Shown here one piece after another: positions 27,912 through 38,790 of a DNA stretch of 62,248 nt. The stretch is from Clostridia bacterium (lineage in GTDB: Bacteria > Bacillota > Clostridia > TANB77 > CAG-508). The notes under the pieces are model-generated. The model saw only the letters and a program-made list of their open reading frames with translations, was not told where the DNA came from and searched no databases. Numbering within the stretch: position 1 is the stretch's first letter; the number at the start of each line of letters is the position of its first letter. A program made the translations under genes and the position numbers. Location of the stretch: the NCBI GenBank assembly GCA_017477355.1, contig JAFUWA010000004.1, forward strand, positions 1-62,248, given 5' to 3'.

Positions 27912-29970
27912 ATGAGTTTTGGTGAAAAGATTAAAAGAGCATTACAAAAAATGAAATCGAGGCTAATTGTTTATGCATTAGCCATTCTTGTTGGCATTTT
28001 TGGGTTAGTTGCTCCAATAAGTAGAGCTGTTACAGATGCAAACCTTGCAGCAAAAGCTGGAGATGATTGGTTTGAAGTTTTCTTTATGAAATTAGGATAT
28101 TTAACAAAGATTGGAGAAAATATTACATCTGTATTTTCTAGCAAATATGGTCCAGCTTTTTGGACAGGAACAAAATATTTTGTTTTATTTGCAATTATGT
28201 TTATATTCGTAGGTGTTTTCAAAGCGCTTCCTAAACATGAATATGATGAAATTGAAAATGGTTCTAGTGATTGGGCAACAGGAGGAGAACAATATAGAGT
28301 TTTAAGTAAAAAAGAAGGTATTATTTTAGCAGAAAAAAATTACTTACCAGTTGATAAACGTGGTAACGTAAACGTGTTAGTTGTACGGAGGTTCTGGTGC
28401 TGGTAAATCTGCATCATACGTTATTCCAAATGCACTTCAATTATTAGGTTCTTATGTATTTACAGATCCTAAAGGTGAGCTTTATGATAAAACTGCTGGA
28501 TACTTTCAAGCAAAAGGCTATAATGTAAAAGTTTTGAACTTAGTAAATCCTGAAAACAGTGATGGATATAATCCATTATCACATATTAAAAATGAAATAG
28601 ATGTTGACGTTATTGCTAATACAATTATGAAAGGCCAAAGTTCAGATGGTTCTCAATCAGATCCATATTGGGATAACATGGCTGAAATGCTTTTAAAAGC
28701 ATTAATTTATTTCTTAAAAGCTGTTAGACCACCAGAAGAACAAAACTTAGCAAGCTGTGCGGAAATGGTAAGAGCTGCTAATAATAGTGGTGGTGGAAAT
28801 AAATTGACTGAATTGATGGAAGTTTTACCATATGACCATCCAGCTAGAATGAATTATAAATCTATTGAGATTGCACCAGAAAAAACATATAGTTCTATTT
28901 TATCAACATTGCAATCAAAATTAGGTAAATTTGATTCAAAAGAAATTGCTGAAGTAACATCAACTGATACAATTAATTTCGAGCAAATTGGTGCTGAAAA
29001 AACAGTTGTATATGTTATTTCTTCAGATACACATACAGCTTATGATTTCTTATTAACAATCTTTTTCTCACAGATGATTCAACAATTATATGATTACGCT
29101 GATAAGAATGGAGGAGCACTTCCAATTCCTACATACTTTATTTTAGACGAGTTCGCAAATATTGGACATATTCCAGATTTTGATAAAAAGATTTCAACCT
29201 CAAGATCTAGAAAAATTTCATTTTCAGTAATCCTACAGAATTTGGATCAGTTAGAAGCTGTTTATGAAAAAGCAAATGAAACAATTATTGGTAACTGCGA
29301 TACACACGTATTTTTAGGATCTAACTCTCAGAAGACAGTTGAGTATTTTTCAAAACAGTTAGGTGAGAAAACAATTACGAGAAATAATTATTCTGTTAAC
29401 AGAGATAGAGGGGAATGGAAACAAGGCTCTTCTGAATCAGATCAGATTATGGCAAGATCTTTAATGACACCTGATGAGTTAAGAAGAATGGATAATGATT
29501 TGTGTATCATTTTTGAAAAAGGTATTAAGCCAATTAAAGCCAATAAATATTATTATTTTAAATATCCAGAAGCAAAATTGGTTGAAAAATATAAAGCAGA
29601 TCATAATGATGTTCAAGTACAAAGAGCAAATTGGAGAAAATATAATCCAATGAATCCATATGAGGAAGGACAAGAGGAAAATGCTGAAAACTTCCCATCA
29701 CTTGATTCATTATTTGAAGACGAAGAAACAGATGGAGGAGCAAGTGGAAGTGCTTCAGCACCTGCAAGTAGTACATATGACACAGGTGACACATTACCTG
29801 GAATGAGTGCTTTAGAAGAGTCTGCACCAACTGCTACAATGACAGCTCCTGCTCCTGCTAAAAAGCAAGTGAAGAAGGAAACAACCGATATTGATATTCA
29901 AAAAGAATTAGAGGCAAAATTTGATGAATTATTTGGCGCATTAGATGATGATGACGATGATAATAACTAG
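27912..29970 (+). CDS. VirD4/TraG type IV coupling protein; +1 site CGG-A
   Basis: 2 N-terminal TM; junction NVNVLVV-G-GSGAGKSASYVIPN...TDPKGELY...GYNPL...DPYWDN...YFILDEFANIG...SVILQNLDQLE...; Ala/Ser/Thr-rich then poly-Asp tail. Confidence 0.88.
28386..28389 (+). other. putative +1 recoding site CGG-A
   Basis: gta CGG agg ttc tgg tgc tgg taa in zero frame; +1 gives the Walker A GGSGAGKS. Confidence 0.6.
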
Positions 29971-29974
29971 AAAA

Positions 29975-30052
29975 AGAGGGAAAATGGGACGTACCACTTT
30001 TCCCTCTTTTTAAATTAATAGAGGGAAAAGTGGTACGTCCCATTTTCCCTCT
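29975..30052. repeat. twin 33-nt hairpins that are exact reverse complements of each other
   Basis: agagggaaaatgggacgtaccacttttccctct (29975-30007), 12-nt spacer, agagggaaaagtggtacgtcccattttccctct (30020-30052). Confidence 0.8.
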
Positions 30053-30116
30053 TGACGAATACAAACTTTTGTTTTATAATGGTATACATAAATAAAAACG
30101 AATTTGAGGTTGATTT

Positions 30117-31200
30117 ATGAAATTTGTTCATATAGCGGACGTTCATTTTGATTGTCCATTTTCTAGTTTATCTGTAAGAGAAAATTTATCAGAATTAAGA
30201 AGACTAGATCAAAGAAATGTATTTAAAAAAGTAATTAATTATATTAAAGAAAATGATATTAGGTTTCTATTTATTTCTGGAGATTTATATGAAAATGAAT
30301 ATGTAAGAAAGAGTACAATAAGTTATATCAATAGCTTGTTTTTAGAAATTCCGGAAACAAAGGTATTTATTAGCCCTGGCAATCATGATCCTTACTTAAA
30401 GAATTCCTATTATGCAGAGTTTGAATTTGCGCCAAATGTCTATATTTTTAAAGGTGCATTTGAATGTAAAGAGTTAGCGGATGCAAATATTTATGGAATG
30501 GGATTTCAAGACTTTTATTGCAAAGATGTAAATTATAGTTCTTTAAATGTTCTTTTCAATGAAAAACCTAATTTTTTGGTAATGCACGCAAGTCTTGATG
30601 GTGGAGCAATAGAAAATAGAGAATACAATCCTGTATTGGAGAGCAGATTAAAAGATTTAGGAATGGATTATATTGCGCTTGGTCATATTCATAAACCATA
30701 TTATGATTCTGATAGGCAACAAAGAATAGTATATCCAGGATCCTTAGTATCTCTTGGTTTTGATGAAACTGGTAGCCATGGAATGATTGTACGGAGAAAT
30801 TGATGAAAATAGAGAGCTAAAATATGAATTTGTGAAATTTGATGATACAGAATTTACAAAATTGGAACAAAGTGTGGATAAGTGCGAATCTAAAGAAGAT
30901 TTAGTAGAAATGATAAATGAGTTGAGACTAGATGAAAACCAATTATATGAAATTATTCTTGTAGGAGATAGAAATTTTGAAATTAACACAAGAGATATAT
31001 TTAAATTGATTGTGAAACCCAATATTTTAAAAATAAAAGATGAGACAAAATTAAAATATAATTTAGAAGAAATAAAATATGAAAAGACATTAAGGGGCCT
31101 TTTCGTGCAAGAGATGTTGAAAAAGTTAGAAGACGGGAATACTACAAGAAACGAAGTAGAAAAGGCAATAGAGATAGGATTAAATTCTTTGAGAGAATAG
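30117..31200 (+). CDS. SbcD/Mre11-type metallophosphoesterase (YhaO-like); +1 site CGG-A
   Basis: FVHIADVHFD, SGDLYE, GNHD, MHASL, GHIH; junction SHGMIV-G-EIDENRELKYEF. Confidence 0.85.
30792..30795 (+). other. putative +1 recoding site CGG-A
   Basis: gta CGG aga aat tga in zero frame. Confidence 0.6.
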
Positions 31201-31210
31201 GAGAATTGTT

Positions 31211-33106
31211 TTGAAAATCAATAATCTAAAAATAAACGGATATGGAAAATTATCTGATAAAGAAATAAAATTCGATTCTAAAATGAATATTATTTATGGT
31301 AGAAATGAATCTGGAAAATCTACTTTATTAAGCTTTATGGAATCTATTTTTTATGGTGCTAGCAAAAATAAAAATGGAAAAGAAATTTCAGAATATGATC
31401 GATATATGCCATGGAAAACGGAAGATTTCTCTGGGAAAATAGCTTATGAGCTAGATAGTGGCGAAAGTTATGAAGTATTTAGAGATTTTAAGAAAAAGAA
31501 TCCTGTGATTTATAACCAACAAAAGCAAGATATTTCATTAAATTATTCCATGGATAAAAATAAAGGAATTGACTTTATTTATGACCAAATTAAAGTGGAT
31601 GAAGATACATTTAAAAATACAATTGTTGTTAATCAAAACGACGTTATAATGAATAAGTCAGTTCAAAGTGCAATGATTCAAAAAATCAGCAATATTGTAA
31701 CTTCAGGAGACGAAAATATTTCTTATCAGAAGACTTTAGACAAAATAAATAAAATGCAACTAGAGAATGTTGGAACAGATAGGACTAAAGAAAAACCTTT
31801 GAATTTAGTGAATACTAGAATAGAAGAATTACAAAATGCAAAGGAAAAATTAGAAGTCTATAAAGGATTTATTGAAGAGAATGATAATGAAGTTCAAAAA
31901 ATTCAAGATAAAATAGATAATGAAGAAATAAAATTAAATTTATATCGTGTTTTGAAAGAGAGTAATGAAAAAAGTAAAATAAAAAATAGCGAAATTGATG
32001 TAGTTAAGAATATAAGAGATGAGTATTTTGATAAAATCGAAGAGCTAGATGAGAAAATTGACAAAGAAGCCAAAGAGAAAATTAGGAATGAGAAAAAATC
32101 TTCATTTTTTATAATTCTTTCTTTCGTGATTTTAGTTGTTGGAGCAATTACTTATTTTGTCTTAAAAAAGAATATAATGATTTCAATCATTCTAACACTT
32201 TTGTCGTTTTTGATGATTGTTATAGACATAGTAAGAAAAATAAAATTTAATAATTCCAAAAAGGTAAGATTAAAAGAAATTGATGAACTAGAAAAGAAAA
32301 TAGAACAAGAGATTGGTATTTTAAGAAATAATATAAAATCTTGCCAAGCTGAAATTGATATGAAACAAGGCGAATTAAAAGAAGCAGAAAATGAAGTAAA
32401 TCGTTTGGTAATGAATAATTTTGAAGAAAAATTAGATTCCGATTTTATTGAGGCAGCTTTTGAACTAGAAGCAGAAGAATTAGAACGAAAAATTGGAAAC
32501 CAAAATGATAAGATGAATACATTGAAAATTGAAAAAGGTGCAAAACAAAACCAAAAGGAATTGATGCAAGAAGAACTAAATGCAATTTCCAAAGTACAAG
32601 AAGAATTATTCCGACTAGAGGAAGAGAAAAAAGATTTGATTTCTTTAAATCATTCTTATGAGTTAGCCAAGGAAGGTTTGGAAAGTGCTTATGAAAATAT
32701 TAGGAGTAGTATAAGTCCAGAGTTTACTACTAAACTAAGCAATATTGCTTCCCATGTTTCAAATGAAAAATATCAAAATATTAATTTTACAGATACAGAA
32801 GGATTAATTGTAGAAGTAGAAGATGGAAGATTTTTACCAGTGGAAAGATTGAGCCAAGGAACGATTGATCAAATGTATTTGGGATTGCGTTTAGCAAGTG
32901 TTGAAACAATCATAAAAGAAACAATGCCAATCATCTTAGACGAAGTATTTGCATTTTTTGATGATAATAGATTAGAAAACATTTTGGCATTTATGAATAG
33001 AGAATATCAAGATAAGCAAATAATTATTTTTACTTGTTCTTATCGAGAAGTAGAAATATTAAATAGACTAAATATAGATTATAACTATATAGAGCTTGAA
33101 AGTTAG
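31211..33106 (+). CDS. SbcC/Rad50-like AAA ATPase with central TM hairpin (YhaN-like)
   Basis: TTG start; IIYGRNESGKSTLL Walker A; coiled-coil; two TM (FFIILSFVILVVGAI..., ISIILTLLSFLMIVI); LSQGT signature; ILDEVF Walker B. Confidence 0.8.
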   Translation: MKINNLKINGYGKLSDKEIKFDSKMNIIYGRNESGKSTLLSFMESIFYGASKNKNGKEISEYDRYMPWKTEDFSGKIAYELDSGESYEVFRDFKKKNPVIYNQQKQDISLNYSMDKNKGIDFIYDQIKVDEDTFKNTIVVNQNDVIMNKSVQSAMIQKISNIVTSGDENISYQKTLDKINKMQLENVGTDRTKEKPLNLVNTRIEELQNAKEKLEVYKGFIEENDNEVQKIQDKIDNEEIKLNLYRVLKESNEKSKIKNSEIDVVKNIRDEYFDKIEELDEKIDKEAKEKIRNEKKSSFFIILSFVILVVGAITYFVLKKNIMISIILTLLSFLMIVIDIVRKIKFNNSKKVRLKEIDELEKKIEQEIGILRNNIKSCQAEIDMKQGELKEAENEVNRLVMNNFEEKLDSDFIEAAFELEAEELERKIGNQNDKMNTLKIEKGAKQNQKELMQEELNAISKVQEELFRLEEEKKDLISLNHSYELAKEGLESAYENIRSSISPEFTTKLSNIASHVSNEKYQNINFTDTEGLIVEVEDGRFLPVERLSQGTIDQMYLGLRLASVETIIKETMPIILDEVFAFFDDNRLENILAFMNREYQDKQIIIFTCSYREVEILNRLNIDYNYIELES

Positions 33107-33158
33107 GTATTTCTGTGTTATAATTTGAAACGTATAAAAAATGAAAGAAGAGGTAAAC

Positions 33159-34220
33159 ATGTTTCAGAAATTAGAAGGCGTAGAAAGCCGTTATGAAGAA
33201 TTAAATAAATTAATTAGTGATCCAGAAGTTATTTCTAACCAAAATGAGTGGAAAAAGCTAATGAAAGAACATAGCTCCATTGAAGATGTTGTATTTAAAT
33301 ACAGAGAATATAAGCAAGCTCAGAAAGATTTTGAAGAAGCAAAAGAAATGATGAACGATTCTGAAATGAAGGACTTAGCGGAAGAAGAGATGCTAGCTGC
33401 AAAAGAAAAACTTCCAGTTTTAGAAGAAGAACTAAAAATTCTTTTAATTCCAAAAGATCCAAATGATGATAATAACGTAATTTGTGAAATTCGTAGCGGA
33501 GCAGGTGGAGAAGAAGCAGCTTTATTTGCAGGAACTTTATTTAGAATGTATTCTATGTATGCAGAAAGAAAACATTTTAAAATTGAAGTAATTGATAGTA
33601 ATGAAACAGAGCTAGGTGGATATAACAAAATTTCATTTATGATTACTGGAAAAGGAGCTTATTCTAGATTTAAATTTGAATCAGGAGTACACAGAGTACA
33701 AAGAGTTCCTGATACAGAATCTAGTGGAAGGATTCATACTTCTACAGCTACTGTTGCGGTTCTTCCTGAAGTTGAAGATGTGGAGGTTGAAATTAATCCA
33801 GCAGATATTAGAATGGAAGTTTATAGAGCTAGCGGTGCAGGTGGACAGCATGTTAACAAAACTTCATCAGCAGTAAGATTAATCCATGAGCCAACAGGAA
33901 TTGTAGCAGAATGCCAAACAGAGCGTTCTCAAGTTCAAAATAGAGAGTATGCGATGAGATTGCTTCGTTCTAGATTATATCAAATGGAAAAAGAAAAACA
34001 AGATAAAGAGTTAGCCCAAGAAAGAAGAAGTCAAGTCGGTTCTGGGGATAGAAGTGAGAAAATTAGAACTTATAATTATCCTCAAGGAAGAATTACAGAC
34101 CATAGAATTGGATTTAGTACATTCCAATTTGATAATTTCTTAAATGGTGATTTAGATGAAATGATAGATAATTTAATTGCAACAGACAGAGCAGAACGTT
34201 TAAAAGGTGATGAAAATTAA
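33159..34220 (+). CDS. prfA: peptide chain release factor 1
   Basis: [17 protein letters not shown] (PxT region), [11 protein letters not shown]; ATG 33159 after SD gaagagg. Confidence 0.93.
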   Translation: MFQKLEGVESRYEELNKLISDPEVISNQNEWKKLMKEHSSIEDVVFKYREYKQAQKDFEEAKEMMNDSEMKDLAEEEMLAAKEKLPVLEEELKILLIPKDPNDDNNVICEIRSGAGGEEAALFAGTLFRMYSMYAERKHFKIEVIDSNETELGGYNKISFMITGKGAYSRFKFESGVHRVQRVPDTESSGRIHTSTATVAVLPEVEDVEVEINPADIRMEVYRASGAGGQHVNKTSSAVRLIHEPTGIVAECQTERSQVQNREYAMRLLRSRLYQMEKEKQDKELAQERRSQVGSGDRSEKIRTYNYPQGRITDHRIGFSTFQFDNFLNGDLDEMIDNLIATDRAERLKGDEN

Positions 34221-34368
34221 TAGTTATTTATAAAAATTGTAATAAAAACGTATATAATTTTTTCATAAAAATTGTTGTAACTTTTTTTCTTATAGGTTAT
34301 AATTGAGATGTATAAAAACGTATGAAAAATGAAGAGCAGGTTTGCTTGATAGAGAGGAACGTGTGAAA

Positions 34369-34965
34369 ATGGAAGAAAAAAAGAAAGTAGTAGAGAAAAA
34401 AAGTATAGTTCCTAGAACAGCAGTAAAAGCATTGATTAACGGATTTGTTGCTTATGGAATATTACTTATTTTTATTTTTTTGACGATTGCAATATTTACA
34501 ACATGGTTAGTTGATAATAATAGAAATGTTGTAAATTATGATGTATTAAAATATACATTACCATTAATGGCAGCAATTTTGATTTTCTTTTTGGTGAGAG
34601 GTACTTGTAGATTAAGCACTTATGACTTATTTAAAAATTGTAAAATCGAAAAAAAAGAAGTAGATAATGTTTGTACCAAAATGAATTTCTTTTATATTTG
34701 TTTGGTAGCTTTTTCAGTAGCAACAATTATTATTTATATGATTACAAGATTTAGTAATGAAAGAATACAAATTACTAGAGACTTAATGTTTTATAATCAA
34801 TCAAATTCAATTTACGCGGAAGAAAAAGAAGAAGAATTAATTGAAGAATATGAGATGAACAAAGCAAATACATTAGTTCAAACATTAATTGTTGAAATGG
34901 GATTGTTATTAGGAATCTTTTCTTTAATTCCAAATCAAAGAAGATTGATTGAAAGATATAATTAA
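34369..34965 (+). CDS. membrane protein of unknown function
   Basis: 4 TM; ATG 34369 preferred over track start. Confidence 0.55.
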   Translation: MEEKKKVVEKKSIVPRTAVKALINGFVAYGILLIFIFLTIAIFTTWLVDNNRNVVNYDVLKYTLPLMAAILIFFLVRGTCRLSTYDLFKNCKIEKKEVDNVCTKMNFFYICLVAFSVATIIIYMITRFSNERIQITRDLMFYNQSNSIYAEEKEEELIEEYEMNKANTLVQTLIVEMGLLLGIFSLIPNQRRLIERYN

Positions 34966-34982
34966 AGTAATAAAGTAAAAAT

Positions 34983-35017
34983 AAAACCTTGTAGATATTA
35001 TTTCTACAAGGTTTTTT
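34983..35017. terminator. bidirectional terminator
   Basis: aaaaccttgtaga tattatt tctacaaggtttt. Confidence 0.75.
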
Positions 35018-35022
35018 GCCTT

Positions 35023-35442
35023 TTAAGATTCTTTTATTTCTTCTTTTTTCTCAGGTACTGCATTATTTGTTGCTTGAGCAGTTCCAGCTGTTGGATTAGA
35101 TTTATTTTCGATTGCTACTACTGTCTTAGCAACAGGAGTATTTTTATTGGCAATAGATGTTTGTTTTTGTAATTCATTAATAACATCAATTTTCCAATAA
35201 GATTCTTGAATTTTCATTTCGATTCTCCAAGTAGAGAAAAGGCCAATGATTAATCCAAGAATTGCTCCAATTCCGGCTCCAATAGCCATTACATACCAAT
35301 CTTCATCCATATATTCCATAATAGGATATCCTATTCCAGCTCCAATGCATGCAAAGATAATGATATAAGAAATGACAATACATGTTTTAATAGCAATTAA
35401 ATGTCCAATACATTTTTTATATTTGGTTTCATTAAAATACAT
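35023..35442 (-). CDS. membrane protein of unknown function
   Basis: 139 aa; 3 TM with Gly-zipper-like GAGIGA repeats; low-complexity tail. Confidence 0.55.
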   Translation of the reverse strand: MYFNETKYKKCIGHLIAIKTCIVISYIIIFACIGAGIGYPIMEYMDEDWYVMAIGAGIGAILGLIIGLFSTWRIEMKIQESYWKIDVINELQKQTSIANKNTPVAKTVVAIENKSNPTAGTAQATNNAVPEKKEEIKES

Positions 35443-35628
35443 TGAAAAACCCCCCTTTTGATTAATTCAAACAAATTATACAATTTTTCGATGAAATATT
35501 CAATAGAAAAATCGGAATATTTGAAATTTTGTTACTCAAATGCTATAATAGAAGTACAGTTGGCGTTTATGACGCACTCGGGGGACCGATACGTTAAATT
35601 TCAGGCTTTTGCTAGAAAGGGTGAGAAG

Positions 35629-35823
35629 ATGAAAAAACTGTCAATGGCACTGATGATTGCTTCGTGTATCTTTTTGGTAGTAATGGCAGGATGGGGTGCA
35701 GGAGTAATTACGGATGACGTGATGCGGGTTGGTATTCGTATCATGGGAGTCGTTGTTATACTCCTTGGCCTGATGGCTATTCCGGCCCTCATTAAGGCTA
35801 TGAAAGACCTGATCAAGAGATAA
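35629..35823 (+). CDS. 64-aa two-TM peptide in a GC-rich cassette
   Basis: SD agaaagggtgag; MKKLSMALMIASCIFLVVMAGWGAGVITDDVMRVGIRIMGVVVILLGLMAIPALIKAMKDLIKR; own promoter TTGAAA-17-TATAAT near 35521-35550; in-frame CGG at 35725-35727. Confidence 0.5.
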   Translation: MKKLSMALMIASCIFLVVMAGWGAGVITDDVMRVGIRIMGVVVILLGLMAIPALIKAMKDLIKR

Positions 35824-35827
35824 GAGG

Positions 35828-35860
35828 GGGGCTCCGCAAGGAGCCTTTTCTCGTTTTTTA
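35828..35860 (+). terminator. intrinsic terminator
   Basis: ggctcc gcaa ggagcc followed by a T-rich tail. Confidence 0.7.
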
Positions 35861-35952
35861 TTTTTTAAAAATGAATTGACGAAAGGCAAAAATTATTATA
35901 TAATACCAAACGATAGTTCTTATCAAACAAACGATAAATGAAGGGAGTAAAA

Positions 35953-38299
35953 ATGGATTTACTAGAAGGATTGAATGATAAACAGTATGAGGCTGTTGTA
36001 AAAACAGAAGGGCCTTGCTTAGTAATAGCAGGTGCTGGATCACGGAAAAACAAAAGTATTAACACATAAAATTGCTTATTTAATGAGCGAAAAAAATGTA
36101 AAGCCATGGGATATCTTAGCAATTACGTTTACCAATAAAGCTGCTAATGAAATGAAAGAAAGAGTAGAAAAATTAATTGGTGATGTTACAAAAGACATGT
36201 GGATTGGAACATTTCATTCTATCTGTGTGAGAATTTTAAGAAAATATATTGATAGATTAGGATTTTCAAGTTCTTTTGTTATTTTTGATACAACAGATCA
36301 AAGATCTTTAATTAAACAAATTTTAAAGGGGCAAGAACTAGATGATAAAATATTTACAGATAAGTCTGTTCAATATGAAATTAGTAATGCCAAAAATGAT
36401 ATGTTAGAACCAGCTGCATATAGCTTAAAAGCGAATGGAGATTTTAGAAAAGAAAAAATTGGCGAAATTTATAAAATCTATCAAAAGAGATTGCAAGAAA
36501 ATAATGCGATTGATTTTGACGATATTATTAATTTTGTAATTAAAATTATGATGGAAAATCCAGATGTATTAGAGTATTATTCAGAAAAATTTAAATATGT
36601 TTTAGTAGATGAATATCAGGATACAAATAAAGCACAATTTACTTTGGTAACTTTACTTGCTTCTAAATATGGAAATATTACGGTAGTTGGAGATAATGAC
36701 CAGGGAATTTATTCTTTTAGAGGAGCAGATATTTCTAATATTTTAAATTTTGAAAAAGATTTTCCAGGAACTGAAATTATAAAACTAGAACAAAATTATA
36801 GATGTACAGGTAGTATTTTAAATGCAGCTAATTCTGTTATTAAAAATAATGAAACAAAGTATGAAAAGAAATTATGGACTAAAAATGAAGTTGGAGAATT
36901 ACCAGAAGTATTTAGAAGCGAAGATGAATATGGTGAAGCAAATTTTGTTGTAAAGAAAATCATTTCCTTAAAGAGTACAGAATATTATAAAAACTCTGAT
37001 TTTGCGATTTTGTATAGAACAAACTCTCAATCTAGAGTCCTAGAACAAGTTTTAGTAAGAGAGCAAATTCCATATAAAGTGATAGGTGGCTTGAAATTCT
37101 TTGAAAGAAAAGAAATTAAAGATGCACTTGCTTATTTAAGATTAATTCAAAATACAAATGATAATTTGAGTTTATCTAGAATTATTAATGAGCCAAAAAG
37201 AGGGGTCGGAAATACTAGCTTAGCAAATATTGAAGAAATTGCAATTAATGAAGGAATTTCTATGTATGATGTTATTAAAAGAGCAGATTAGTATGGACAA
37301 ACTAGAGTTTTTGCAAATACAAGAGAATTTATTGATTGTATTGAAAAGTTAAGAGTGGAAAAAGAAGAACTGAGTATTTCTGAATTATTATCAAAAGCTT
37401 TAAAAGAAACTGGCTATTTACAAGCTTTACAAAATGAAGATAAATTAGATGAAAAATTAAAAGCAGAAAGTAGAATTGATAACTTAGATCAATTATTAAC
37501 AATGGCTGAAGAATTCGAGGACGAAATGGTAGATTCTGGATTAGAGGAATTTTTAGAAGATGTTGCTTTGAGTTCTGATATTGATAATTTAGAAGAAGGC
37601 GAAGAAACAGTAACTTTAATGACTTTACATAGTGCAAAAGGATTAGAATTTCCAGTTGTATTTTTGGTAGGAATGGAAGAAGGACTTTTCCCAGGATATA
37701 AATCTATTGGGGAACCAGGAGAATTAGAAGAGGAAAGAAGACTTTGCTATGTTGGAATTACTAGAGCAAAAGAAAGATTGTTTATGACTTGTTCTAAAAT
37801 GAGAACAACATATGGTTCTACAAGTTATAATCAACCATCGAGATTTATCAAGGAAATCCCATCGGATATGTTAGAGGGGAAAGAGGAAGCATTTGAAGAA
37901 AATCGTTCTAGATTTGAAGGGCAAGATAGATTTTCAGACTATGGGAATTTAGAGTGGAGTTATGGAAAATCAAAATCTTCTTATCATGAAAATTCAGGAA
38001 GCGCTATAAAAACGTATCGAGTTGGAGATTCTGCAGGTGTTACTGCTAGTGCAGCAAATGGGTTCCAATTTAGAAGTGCTGATAGTTTCTTGAAATCACT
38101 TAATAATAAACCAAAAGCAAATGGAAATGTGGATCTTTCTGCATATAATGCAGGAGTGAAAGTATTTCATAAGAAATTTGGAGAGGGTGTTATTAGCAAA
38201 GTAGAAGCCGAAGGTGATGATTTAAAAGTAGATATTGATTTTGAGAAAGTGGGGCATAAAAGATTGATGGCAAAATTTGCAGGATTGGAAATTTTATAA
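35953..38299 (+). CDS. pcrA: ATP-dependent DNA helicase PcrA/UvrD; +1 site CGG-A in Walker A and one in-frame TAG
   Basis: [43 protein letters not shown]..., VDEYQDTN, VGDNDQGIYSFRGA, TLHSAKGLEFPVVF, LCYVGITRAK; TAG at 37289-37291 lies in the same frame as both flanking ORFs. Confidence 0.9.
36043..36046 (+). other. putative +1 recoding site CGG-A
   Basis: tca CGG aaa aac...taa in zero frame; +1 gives [13 protein letters not shown]. Confidence 0.65.
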
Positions 38300-38368
38300 T
38301 TTTCTCTTGTATTCATTAAAAATTATAGATATAATTAGTATGTTAAAATCTATAAAGAGGAGAAAAAA

Positions 38369-38632
38369 GTGAAACCAGAAAGTGCAATTATAGTAGTAGC
38401 AATATTAATTATTGGTATAGTAATCGTGAAAAATGTTGTATTAAACAATAACGAAGTTGTAGAAGAAAATACAACAGAAGAAAACCAAGTTGCATATAGA
38501 TATGACATAGAAGATCAAAACTTTACAAATATAGATGAAAATGCGGTTGAACCTGTTGATACAACAGTTACTGTCCAAAACGTCATAGATGTTTCATCAA
38601 TTGAAGAACTAAGAAAAGAAGGAAGTAATTAG
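38369..38632 (+). CDS. small membrane-anchored acidic protein
   Basis: GTG start after SD agaggag; one N-terminal TM. Confidence 0.45.
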   Translation: MKPESAIIVVAILIIGIVIVKNVVLNNNEVVEENTTEENQVAYRYDIEDQNFTNIDENAVEPVDTTVTVQNVIDVSSIEELRKEGSN

Positions 38633-38790
38633 TGTATAATTGTTTTCTTAATTATTGAAATAGTTTTATTATTAATTAAACAAGAAAATAAAAGACAAAA
38701 AAGCAGTTATTTATGAAGAGAACTAACGGGAAATAGGGGATGGTCTTGTTTCCTATTATTAAAAGAAAAAAGAGGGAAAATGTCCTGAAA

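Noticed and set aside
35458-35628. Long N-terminal extension of the small membrane ORF (track 35458-35823)
   Set aside because: The extension spans the promoter and leader. The internal ATG at 35629 has a proper SD.
37289-37291. Global reassignment of TAG (for example pyrrolysine or a sense codon)
   Set aside because: TAG terminates several well-defined genes in the window at positions consistent with their homologues, so any readthrough in pcrA would have to be local.
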